Shown here: piece by piece, positions 7,920 to 15,739 of the stretch
Position numbering within the stretch: the first letter of the stretch is position 1
Layout of the letters: each line of letters starts with the position of its first letter
DNA from: Propionibacterium ruminifibrarum
GTDB taxonomy: Bacteria; Actinomycetota; Actinomycetes; Propionibacteriales; Propionibacteriaceae
Direction of reading: 5' to 3'
Length of the DNA stretch: 32,000 nt
Assembly (NCBI RefSeq): GCF_900289195.1
Contig: NZ_OMOH01000006.1
Location: 116,308-148,307, forward strand
Program-made: the position numbers and the translations under genes
The notes under the pieces: generated by a model
The model's database searches: none
What the model saw: the letters and a program-made list of their open reading frames with translations, nothing else
What the model was told of the DNA's origin: nothing

Positions 7920-9314
7920 TCAGTTGACGGCGCCGCTGGTCGCCGCGACGGCCGCGTCGACCTCCTCGGCGTGCTTGCGCACCGCCTCGCGGCGCTCCTT
8001 GCCCCAGGTCTCACGGGTGGTGAGCGCCGAGACCAGGCCGATGACGCCGTAGATGACGATGAGCAGGGCCGGGCCCTTCCAGTCGAGGGCCTCGAACAGA
8101 GCGGTGCAGAAGAAGGGCGTGAAGCCCGACAGCACGGCCGAGAACTGGTAGGCCAGCGAGACACCGGCGGAACGGCGCTCCGGCGGGTACAGCTCGGAGA
8201 ACCAGGCCCCCTGGATACCGGCCATGCCGTTCTGGCAGATGCAGTAGCTGATGATCATGCACATGAGCATGACGCCCGCCGAATCCACGTGCAGCAGGCG
8301 GAACAACGGGAAGCCCCAGGCGATGACGACGATCGACAGGCCGATGTACAGGCCACGGCGGCCGATCTTGTCGGACAGGGCGCCCCAGCTGATCGTGGCG
8401 AACAGGCCGATGGCGGCGGCGGTGAGCAGGGTCGGCAGGGTCCGGCCGGCGTTCTGCGGCGCATGCATCCGCACATAGGACAGCACGTAGGTGATCGCCA
8501 CGGCGTAGGTTGCGGTCTCGGCGATGCGCAGGCCCATGGCCTTGAAGAAGTTCTGCCAGTCGTTGCGCAGTGAGGCGGCGATCGGGTTCTTCTCGATGTT
8601 GCCCTCCTCCTTGACCTCCTCGAACTCGGGGGACTCGGAGACGTGCGTCCGGATGATGATGCCCACGGCGATGAGGATCGCGCTGAGCAGGAAGGGCACG
8701 CGCCAGGCCCAGGTTCCGGGCAGATGCGTCGAGAGCTGGAAGGCGATGGTCGACAGCAGCAGGCCGAGCGGGAATCCGGCCTGCGTGATGCCGGTGAGGA
8801 AACCCTTGTGCAGCCACGGGGCGTGCTCATAGGTCATGAGGATGGCGCCGCCCCATTCGCCGCCGAAGGCCAGGCCCTGGATGATCCGCACGATGACGAG
8901 CAGGATGGGGGCCAGGATGCCCACGGTGTCGTAGGTGGGCAGACATCCGATGGCGACCGTCGCGCCGCCCATGAGGAGCAGCGAGGCGATGAGGATCGGC
9001 TTGCGTCCGATCCGGTCCCCGAGGTGGCCGGCGAGGATGCCACCGATGGGCCGGACGGCGAAACCGATGCCGAGCGTGGCGAAGGAGGCCAGCAGGCCGA
9101 GGACCGGGCTGACGGCCGGGAAGAAGGCGTCGTTGAGGTACAGCGAGGCTGCGGTACCGAAACCGATGAAGTCGTAGGTCTCGACTGTGGCGCCAACGCT
9201 GGAACCGATGGCGACCTTGTACTTCTCGGGTGTGCCGTGGACGGGCGTGCCGTGCTGGGCCATCTCGGCCAGCTCGGCCTGGAGCGCAGCGTTCGGCTCC
9301 GGTGAGGTAGTCAT
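7920..9314 (-). CDS. MFS transporter, metabolite:H+ symporter (MHS) family (KgtP/ProP/ShiA-like); substrate unknown
   Basis: VETYDFIGFGTAA near the N-terminus and the loop 2-3 motif GHLGDRIGRKP, with about 12 hydrophobic segments. The ATG at 9314 (MTTSPEP) has GGAG 6 nt upstream, so it is preferred over the track start at 9341. Confidence 0.85.
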   Translation of the reverse strand: MTTSPEPNAALQAELAEMAQHGTPVHGTPEKYKVAIGSSVGATVETYDFIGFGTAASLYLNDAFFPAVSPVLGLLASFATLGIGFAVRPIGGILAGHLGDRIGRKPILIASLLLMGGATVAIGCLPTYDTVGILAPILLVIVRIIQGLAFGGEWGGAILMTYEHAPWLHKGFLTGITQAGFPLGLLLSTIAFQLSTHLPGTWAWRVPFLLSAILIAVGIIIRTHVSESPEFEEVKEEGNIEKNPIAASLRNDWQNFFKAMGLRIAETATYAVAITYVLSYVRMHAPQNAGRTLPTLLTAAAIGLFATISWGALSDKIGRRGLYIGLSIVVIAWGFPLFRLLHVDSAGVMLMCMIISYCICQNGMAGIQGAWFSELYPPERRSAGVSLAYQFSAVLSGFTPFFCTALFEALDWKGPALLIVIYGVIGLVSALTTRETWGKERREAVRKHAEEVDAAVAATSGAVN

Positions 9315-9460
9315 GTTGCTCCAAAAGTCCTGGAAGACCACGTGCGGGCCTTCGTGATGACAAGGGTGGGGACGGGCGCGGTCCCCTGATGGCGAGTGGT
9401 CCGGCCAGCCGGCCGGCCGCGTGCCACGGTTGGGTGGGCCTCATTGGCACCGCCGTGGCG

Positions 9461-9497
9461 GTGCGGGGAGAAGACGCGTCCGGTCCTCTCCCCGCAC
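9461..9497 (-). terminator. Putative hairpin terminator or attenuating structure downstream of the transketolase C subunit
   Basis: 11-bp stem GTGCGGGGAGA / TCTCCCCGCAC with a 15-nt loop, 24 nt beyond the stop at 9521. Flanked by GGTCCC..GGGACC (9501-9514) and GCACCGCC..GGCGGTGC (9447-9464). Confidence 0.4.
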
Positions 9498-9520
9498 GGG
9501 GTCCCTCGGGACCGGGCGTC

Positions 9521-10504
9521 TCAGGCCAGGAGGCCCTTGATGCGCTCCACGATCTTCGCCGTGCTCACGCCGTAGCGGTCATACAGCGTGGGCAGCGCGC
9601 CGGCGTCGAGGAACTCGTCGGGCAGGGCCACCGGGTGGATCTGCTTGGTGACGCCCTTCTTCGCCATGGCCTCGGCCACGGCGCCGAAGAGACCACCGAT
9701 GACGGTGTGGTTCTCGGCGGTCAGGACCAGACGGTCCTGGGCGATCTGGGCGAGGACGGTCTCCTCGTCGAACGGTTTGAGGGTCGGGCAGTGCAGCACA
9801 CAGACGTCGATGCCGTCACCGGCGAGCTGGCTCGCCGCGTCGAGCGCGCGCTCGGTCATGAGACCGGTCGACACGATGAGGACCTCCTTGCCGGGGCGGA
9901 TGACCTTGGCCTTGCCCAGCTCGAAGGTGTAGTCGTACTCGTCGAGCACGACCGGGACCTTGCCGCGCAGGACGCGCATGTAGGTCGGGCCGTCGTACTC
10001 GAAGAGCTGTGGTGTGGCCTGGACGATGTCGATCGAGTCGCAGGGATCGACGATCGTCATGTTCGGCATGCCGCGCAGGATCGCGATGTCCTCGGTGGCC
10101 TGGTGCGACGGGCCGTATCCGGTGGTCAGGCCGGGGAGGGCGCACACCATGTTGACGTTCAGGTTGCGCTCGGCGATGTCGAGGCAGATGAAGTCGTAGG
10201 CGCGGCGGGTGGCGAACACCGAGTAGGTCGAGGCGAAGGGGATGAAGCCCTCCTGGGCGAGGCCGGTGGCCGCGCCGACCAGGGCCATCTCGGCCATGCC
10301 GACCTGGTAGAAGCGGTCGGGCATCGCGTCACGGAAGATGTGCAGGTCGGTGTACTTGGCCAGGTCCGCCGACAGGCCGACGAGACGCTCGTCCTTCTCG
10401 GCGATCTCGAGCAGGGCGTGACCGAGCGGGGCCGCCATGGTGCGCTGGCCCTCGCGGGCGATGTCGGCGCTCATCGCGCCGGAGACGAGTTTCTTGGGGC
10501 TCAT
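9521..10504 (-). CDS. Transketolase-like enzyme, C-terminal (pyrimidine-binding) subunit
   Basis: Track ORF 9521..10681 is over-extended. The ATG at 10504 overlaps the TGA of the N subunit (ATGA). Motifs: LSADLAKYT, PDRFYQVGMAEMALVGAATGLA and GPSHQATEDIAILRGMPNMTIVDPCD. Confidence 0.85.
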   Translation of the reverse strand: MSPKKLVSGAMSADIAREGQRTMAAPLGHALLEIAEKDERLVGLSADLAKYTDLHIFRDAMPDRFYQVGMAEMALVGAATGLAQEGFIPFASTYSVFATRRAYDFICLDIAERNLNVNMVCALPGLTTGYGPSHQATEDIAILRGMPNMTIVDPCDSIDIVQATPQLFEYDGPTYMRVLRGKVPVVLDEYDYTFELGKAKVIRPGKEVLIVSTGLMTERALDAASQLAGDGIDVCVLHCPTLKPFDEETVLAQIAQDRLVLTAENHTVIGGLFGAVAEAMAKKGVTKQIHPVALPDEFLDAGALPTLYDRYGVSTAKIVERIKGLLA

Positions 10505-11364
10505 AGTCCGTATGCCTCCTTGAGATGCTGCTGTGCAACGGCCCACTCCTGTGGAGCGACCCTCATGAAGTGGAGCTTCTCGCGCGTTTCGAGGAAGTCC
10601 ACGCCCTTCGCGAGCTTGGTGTCTGCGATCAGGCAGCGCGGCTTGTCGTTGTCGACGCCGTACCGCAGTTCCTCCAGGCACTCGACGACCTTGGCGAGAT
10701 CGTTGCCGTCACAACGCCGGGTCTCCCAGCCGAAGGCCCGGAAGCGCTCGTCGATGGACTCGGTGGTCATGATCTCCTGGCTCTTGCCGTCCGCCTGCTG
10801 GTTGTTGAAGTCGACGATGGCGATCAGGTTGTCGAGCTTGAAATGGCTGGCGGTCTGCGCCGCCTCCCAGGTGGAGCCCTCGTCGAGCTCACCGTCGGAC
10901 AGGACGTTGTAGCAGACGTTCTCGGTGTTGCCCTTGCGCTTCAGACCCAGGGCGATGCCGTTGGCGATCACCAGGCCGTGGCCGAGGGAGCCGCCGGAGA
11001 TCTCGACACCGGGGGTGTACGAGGCCATGGCGGACATTGGCAGGCGGGAGTCGTCGGTGGCGTAGGTGTCCAGCTCGTCCTCGTCGATCATGCCGATCTC
11101 GACGAGTGCGGCGTAGATGGCCAGGCCGTAGTGGCCCATCGAGACGAGCACGCGGTCGCGGCCCTCCCACTCGGGGTTCTTCGGGTCGAGTTTGGCCTGG
11201 TCCACGTAGAGGGCGGCGAGAACGTCCGACAGGCCCAGGGCCTGACCGATGTACCCCTCGCCCTGCACCTCGGCCTCGCGAAGGGAGTTCCGGCGGATGC
11301 GGTAGGCCGCCATGCGGAGCGCCTCGAGACGCTCCGGCGTGATCGGTTCACGGGTGGTTGTCAT
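10501..11364 (-). CDS. Transketolase-like enzyme, N-terminal (TPP diphosphate-binding) subunit
   Basis: SMGHYG, GGSLGHGL and the TPP motif SDGELDEGSTWEA...VDFNNQQADG. The ATG at 11364 has GAGGA 6 nt upstream, so it is preferred over the GTG at 11370. Confidence 0.85.
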   Translation of the reverse strand: MTTTREPITPERLEALRMAAYRIRRNSLREAEVQGEGYIGQALGLSDVLAALYVDQAKLDPKNPEWEGRDRVLVSMGHYGLAIYAALVEIGMIDEDELDTYATDDSRLPMSAMASYTPGVEISGGSLGHGLVIANGIALGLKRKGNTENVCYNVLSDGELDEGSTWEAAQTASHFKLDNLIAIVDFNNQQADGKSQEIMTTESIDERFRAFGWETRRCDGNDLAKVVECLEELRYGVDNDKPRCLIADTKLAKGVDFLETREKLHFMRVAPQEWAVAQQHLKEAYGL

Positions 11365-11388
11365 GTTCACTCCTCGTTAAGGCGCACG

Positions 11389-12162
11389 TCACGCGATGTA
11401 GGCGCCGCCGTTGATCGACTGGGTCGTGCCGGTGACATAGCTGGCGTCCTCGCTGGACAGCCAGACGTACATGTTGGCGATGTCGCGCCCCGTGCCCTGG
11501 CGCTTCATCGGGATGGTCGCGGTGAGCTTGTCCTCGTCCTCCTGGCTGTTGCCGGCGCGGATGTCCGTGGCGACGATGGCCGGGCAGATGGCGTTGACCG
11601 TGATGCCCTCGGGGGCCATCTCACGGGCGAGCGACCGGGTGAGGCCGAGCACACCCGCCTTGGCGGCCGAGTACGGGGTCTTGCTGAAGACGCCGCCGCC
11701 CTGCTGGGCCGAGACCGAACTCATGTTGACGATGCGCCCGTAGCCGCCCTCGATCATGGCGGGCAGGAAGGCCTGGCAGGTGTTGAAGACGCCGGTCAGG
11801 TTGACCGCGATGACCTTGTCCCACAGCTCGGGGGTGACCTCGAGGAAGGGAACCGGCGAGGGAATACCGGCGACGTTGGCCAGGGCGCCCACGGGGGGAA
11901 GATCCGAGGCGGCGATCTGCTTGGCGATGTCGAAGACCTGCTCGCGGTTGGTGACGTCCGCCGCGTACGCGGCGACCTGGGCACCGGTGTCCTTGGCGAT
12001 GGCCTCGGCCGCGCTCTTGACACCCTCCTCGTTCATGTCGAGGACGACGACTGCCCAGCCCTCCTCGGCGAAACGCTGAGCGGTTGCGTACCCGATGCCA
12101 TGGGGTGAGGCAGCGCCCGTCACTACTGCTGTCCTTGGGCCGACGCCCGTTCCGAGTCCCAT
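11389..12162 (-). CDS. Short-chain dehydrogenase/reductase (SDR, FabG-like)
   Basis: Cofactor motif TAVVTGAASPHGIG, NVAG, and the catalytic S...YSAAK. The ATG at 12162 (MGLGTG) is 9 nt after GAGGAG, so it is preferred over the track start at 12177. Confidence 0.85.
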   Translation of the reverse strand: MGLGTGVGPRTAVVTGAASPHGIGYATAQRFAEEGWAVVVLDMNEEGVKSAAEAIAKDTGAQVAAYAADVTNREQVFDIAKQIAASDLPPVGALANVAGIPSPVPFLEVTPELWDKVIAVNLTGVFNTCQAFLPAMIEGGYGRIVNMSSVSAQQGGGVFSKTPYSAAKAGVLGLTRSLAREMAPEGITVNAICPAIVATDIRAGNSQEDEDKLTATIPMKRQGTGRDIANMYVWLSSEDASYVTGTTQSINGGAYIA

Positions 12163-12190
12163 TCTGGATCTCCTCACTTCATCGTGATGA

Positions 12191-12255
12191 CTGAGTCAAC
12201 TGTTTACTGTTGACTGTTGACACTGAGAATATGCAGTGCGAGCAGGACACGTCAA
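12191..12255 (-). promoter_or_regulatory. Putative promoter plus operator of the SDR-transketolase operon
   Basis: On the minus strand: TTGACG (12255-12250), an 18-nt spacer, then TATTCT (12231-12226). Immediately downstream are three tandem 7-bp repeats, ACTGTT(T/G) on the plus strand at 12199-12219. These are embedded in the inverted repeat GTCAAC (12195-12200) / GTTGAC (12209-12214 and 12216-12221). Confidence 0.45.
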
Positions 12256-12365
12256 GGTGGGTTGCTCCAGTTCTTCCCGCCGAATTCGATCCGCGTCGTG
12301 CGCCGGTCGTCGTCACGCCTGGCGTTGCGGCGTGGCCCCGGCGGGCAACCGGCGCCCGAGAGACC

Positions 12366-13022
12366 TCAGGAATCCATCTGGGAGACCCAGAAGGAACCGG
12401 CTCGCTTCATGTGATCGGCGAACGCGGTGATGATCTCGAGTTCGCTGCCGGAGCGCACGACGTGGACGAGCGGTTCATGGTGCGCCCGGGTGATGATGAT
12501 CGGGATCACCGCGCTCTGGTGCATGGCGCCGGCGAAGATGACCACGCGCATCTGGTGCTGCAGTTCGAGCCACTTGTCGAGAAGCAGCTTGTTGCCCGAC
12601 AACTCGCACAACCGCTGGTGGAAGGCCAGGTCCTGCTCGACCGCGTCGGACAGATCGCCCAGCTTCTCCTGCGGCAGGGCCCGGGCCAGCTCGTCGGCCA
12701 GGGCCTCCCGATCGGAGCTGCGTGCCAGGCGCACCGCCGCACCGCATTCGAGGAAGGAGCGCACCTCATACAGCTCGGTGACCTCGGTGGGGGTGAAGGA
12801 GCGGACGATCAGGCGTCCGCGCGAGGCCGACTCGGCGAGCCCGGCCTCCTCGAGAGCCCGGAGCGCCTCACGGACGGTGCCCCGGCTCACGGAGAACTGG
12901 GCGGCTAGCTCGGTCTCGTTGAGATGCTCCCCCGCCGCCAGCTGCCCCGCGAGGATCGCCTCGCGCAGCTGGTCGAGCACCTGCGTCCGCAGATTGACGC
13001 GTCGCACGGCACTGATGGTCAT
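12366..13022 (-). CDS. GntR-family transcriptional regulator, FadR/FCD subfamily
   Basis: wHTH region LNETELAAQFSVSRGTVREALRALEEAGL. The C-terminal helical FCD-like domain has D..FH..L...SGN. The ATG at 13022 (MTISAV) is preferred over the track start at 13073. Confidence 0.85.
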   Translation of the reverse strand: MTISAVRRVNLRTQVLDQLREAILAGQLAAGEHLNETELAAQFSVSRGTVREALRALEEAGLAESASRGRLIVRSFTPTEVTELYEVRSFLECGAAVRLARSSDREALADELARALPQEKLGDLSDAVEQDLAFHQRLCELSGNKLLLDKWLELQHQMRVVIFAGAMHQSAVIPIIITRAHHEPLVHVVRSGSELEIITAFADHMKRAGSFWVSQMDS

Positions 13023-13110
13023 GGGGGCACATCCTTCTGATCCTGGTTCCTGGCCCCCGGGGCGAGGGTCCATGACTCGCCGCGAGGTCAGGGGGATTTT
13101 ACGTCAGGGA

Positions 13111-13126
13111 GCGGGAATTTTCCCGC
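13111..13126. promoter_or_regulatory. 16-bp palindrome GCGGGAATTTTCCCGC in a locally AT-rich intergenic patch
   Basis: 7-bp arms around a TT centre. It lies 67 nt beyond the polyprenyl synthase stop and about 90 nt upstream of the GntR start, next to a minus-strand TAAAAT -10-like hexamer (13101-13096). Confidence 0.3.
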
Positions 13127-13192
13127 ATTTGGGCTGGGATGACCCTCGTCGGCCACGTCGCCGCCGGATCGGGGCGCCCCGGGAGCCGGAGC

Positions 13193-14170
13193 TCACGCCG
13201 ATCGCGTGATGACCTCGTCGCACAGCCGGTCGAGGGCACGCCGCGCCGGGCCGTCGGGCAGGACGGCCAGTTCGGCGCGGGCCAGGTCGGATCTGCGGCG
13301 GATCTCGGCACGCGCCTCGTCGATGACGTGGTTGGCACGCAGCGCGGCGAGGGCCCGGGCGAGATCGGCGTCATCGTCCAGGCCGGTGCGGATGAGGGCC
13401 ATGAGGTCCCGGTCGGCCGGGGCGTCGCTGGCGGCGAGCAGCAGCGTGGGGAGCGTGAGGACGCCCTCGCGCAGGTCGGTGCCGGGAGTCTTGCCGGTCT
13501 CGTCGCTGGTGACATCGATGAGGTCGTCGGAGAGCTGGAAGACCAGACCGATCTGCATGCCGTAGCGGCCGATCGCATCGATGACCCGCTGGTCCGCCCC
13601 GCAGACCATGGCGCCGAACAACGCGGAGGTGCGGATCAGCGCCCCGGTCTTGCCCTCGATGACCCGCAGGTAATGCGTCATCGGGTCGGCGCCGGGCGGT
13701 GGGCCCTTCATCTCGCCGATCTGGCCTGTGACGAGATCGGCGAAGGTCTCGGCCTGCAGCCGGACGTAGTCGGTCCCGAGATGGGTGACCTCGGTCGAGG
13801 CGCGAGCGAAGAGCCAGTCACCGACCATGATGGCGGTGGAGTTGCCGAAGGCGGCGTTGGCGCTGGGCACCCCGCGGCGCAGATCGGCTTCGTCCATGAC
13901 GTCATCGTGGTACAGCGATGCCACATGGGTCAGCTCGACGACGATGGCGGCGCGCGTCACGTCCTCCGGCTCGGCGCTGGGCCCCAGGTGACTGGTGAGC
14001 GCCACGAGCAACGGACGGAAACGCTTGCCGCCCGCCGAGATCACGTGCTGAGCAGCTTCGGCCAGGAAAGGATTGTCGGCCCCGAGAGCCACCTCGTCGA
14101 GCCGTTGCTCGATGGCGGTGAGCTGGTCGTCGATGGTCTCGGCGAAGGCCTCGTCCTCAGCCTGGCTCAC
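13193..14170 (-). CDS. Polyprenyl diphosphate synthase (trans-type, medium/long chain; menaquinone side chain)
   Basis: First Asp-rich motif LYHDDVMDEADLRRG and second FQLSDDLIDV. The GTG start at 14170 has AGGAG 7 nt upstream and lies 12 nt after the nuoN stop. Confidence 0.9.
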   Translation of the reverse strand: MSQAEDEAFAETIDDQLTAIEQRLDEVALGADNPFLAEAAQHVISAGGKRFRPLLVALTSHLGPSAEPEDVTRAAIVVELTHVASLYHDDVMDEADLRRGVPSANAAFGNSTAIMVGDWLFARASTEVTHLGTDYVRLQAETFADLVTGQIGEMKGPPPGADPMTHYLRVIEGKTGALIRTSALFGAMVCGADQRVIDAIGRYGMQIGLVFQLSDDLIDVTSDETGKTPGTDLREGVLTLPTLLLAASDAPADRDLMALIRTGLDDDADLARALAALRANHVIDEARAEIRRRSDLARAELAVLPDGPARRALDRLCDEVITRSA

Positions 14171-14182
14171 TGTTGTCTCCTA

Positions 14183-15736
14183 TCAGCGCAGGAACCCTGC
14201 CGCGCTCGTGAAAAGGTCGAGCACGGAACCGGGTGCAAGACCAAGAACAAGCGTACCGACGGCTCCAACAATGATCACGACCCACGTCGGGGTCCCCGCC
14301 TTGACGACGTCGACGGAGGCGTCCGGTTCATCGAAGTACATGATCTTGACCAGCCGGAAGTAGAAGCCGGCGGTGACCAGCGACATGACGATCGCCACCA
14401 CGACCAGCCAGGCGTAGCCGCCCTGCCAGCCGGCGACGAAGGCCACCAGCTTGCCGACGAAACCACCGGTCAGCGGGATGCCGGCCATCGACAGGAGGAA
14501 GAGCGTCATGATGGCGCCGAGCACCGGCTCGCGGCGGCCAAGACCCGCCCACGCGTCGAAGCCGGTGGCCTCACCGCCGCTGCGGCGGACCATTGTCAGG
14601 ACCGCGAAGGCCCCCATCGTGGCCAGGCCATAGCCGGCCAGGTAGAACATGACGCCCGAGACCGAGCCGGTGAGGCCCTCACCCAGCGCGTCGCCTGCCA
14701 TGGCGCCGACGACGGCGACCAGGATGAAACCGGCATGGGCGATCGACGAGTAGGCCAACAGACGCTTGACGTCGTTCTGGGCCAGGCCGACGACGGCGCC
14801 GAAGACCATCGTCAGGACGGCGATGACGGCGAGGACGAGTTGCCAGTCCCAGCGGGCGCCGCCGAGCGCGACGAACAGCAGACGCAGCAGCCCGCCGAAG
14901 GCCGCAAGCTTGGTGCACACGGCCATGAAGGCGGTCACCGGTGTGGGGGCGCCGGTGTAGACGTCGGGCACCCACGAGTGGAAGGGCACGGCGCCGATCT
15001 TGAACAGGACGCCGATGCTGGTCAGCGCCAGGCCGGCCATGAGCAGGGTCTGGGACTCGATCCCGAGCGTGATGCCCGCGTCGATGTCGGCGAACTGGAA
15101 GGAGCCGCTGAAGCCGTACAGCAGTGCCGCGCCGAACAGGAACAGCGCACTGGACATGGCACCCAGCAGGAAGTACTTCAGGGCGGCCTCCTGCGAGAGC
15201 AGTCGGCGGCGCCGCGCCAGGGAGCACATGACGTACAACGGCAACGAGAGGATCTCCAGCGCGACGAACATGGTGAGCAGGTCGTTCGCGGCCGGGAAGA
15301 CGAGCATGCCGAACAGCGACAGCTCGAGCAGGACGAAGACCTCGGTGTTCTCCTGCCGGGCCGCGATGGCCTCGTGCTCGGCACGTGAGCCGGGCACGGT
15401 GTGGGCCTGGGCGGCGAAGGCGCTCGTCCCCCCGGAAACACGCCGCTCACCGTACAGGAGCGTGGCGCCGAGCCCGAAGACCAGCAGCAGCGACCAGACG
15501 ATCCGGGTGGGGCCGTCGATGCTCAGACCTCCCATGACGGCAACGCCGGGAGTGACCGACCAGCCCGCGCAGACCAGGGTGAGGGCGATGAGCTGGGCGA
15601 TGACGGCCAGGCCGAACTGGACGCCGAAGCGCCTGGTGCGGGGCACGAGGGCCTCGACGAGCACCGCACACACGGCCCCGCCCAGCAGGACGAGCAGTGG
15701 AGCGATGAGCCCGTACTCGATCGTGGGACTTGTCAT
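14183..15736 (-). CDS. nuoN: NADH-quinone oxidoreductase subunit N
   Basis: Polytopic antiporter-like protein in the conserved last position of the operon. Starts MTSPTIEYGLIAPLL. Confidence 0.93.
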   Translation of the reverse strand: MTSPTIEYGLIAPLLVLLGGAVCAVLVEALVPRTRRFGVQFGLAVIAQLIALTLVCAGWSVTPGVAVMGGLSIDGPTRIVWSLLLVFGLGATLLYGERRVSGGTSAFAAQAHTVPGSRAEHEAIAARQENTEVFVLLELSLFGMLVFPAANDLLTMFVALEILSLPLYVMCSLARRRRLLSQEAALKYFLLGAMSSALFLFGAALLYGFSGSFQFADIDAGITLGIESQTLLMAGLALTSIGVLFKIGAVPFHSWVPDVYTGAPTPVTAFMAVCTKLAAFGGLLRLLFVALGGARWDWQLVLAVIAVLTMVFGAVVGLAQNDVKRLLAYSSIAHAGFILVAVVGAMAGDALGEGLTGSVSGVMFYLAGYGLATMGAFAVLTMVRRSGGEATGFDAWAGLGRREPVLGAIMTLFLLSMAGIPLTGGFVGKLVAFVAGWQGGYAWLVVVAIVMSLVTAGFYFRLVKIMYFDEPDASVDVVKAGTPTWVVIIVGAVGTLVLGLAPGSVLDLFTSAAGFLR

Positions 15737-15739
15737 GAC

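Noticed and set aside
9521-11364. Calling the split transketolase the housekeeping pentose-phosphate tkt
   Set aside because: It sits in a GntR/SDR/MFS catabolic-type context, and there are apparent substitutions at several canonical substrate-contact positions. I therefore annotate it only as transketolase-like with unknown substrate.
9389-12108. 507-aa and 527-aa plus-strand ORFs (9389..10912, 10525..12108)
   Set aside because: They are antisense to the transketolase subunits and the SDR and have no recognisable domains. The same reasoning applies to 246..1172 (-) opposite korA, 22446..24430 (+) opposite nuoG, and 25168..26670 (+) opposite nuoF and nuoE.
12210-12430. Small plus-strand ORFs starting inside the heptad repeats (12210.., 12217..12414, 12236..12430)
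   Set aside because: Their TTG or ATG starts fall within the operator, there is no SD, the sequences are Arg/Ser/Pro-rich, and they run antisense into the GntR gene. They are more plausibly non-coding regulatory DNA.
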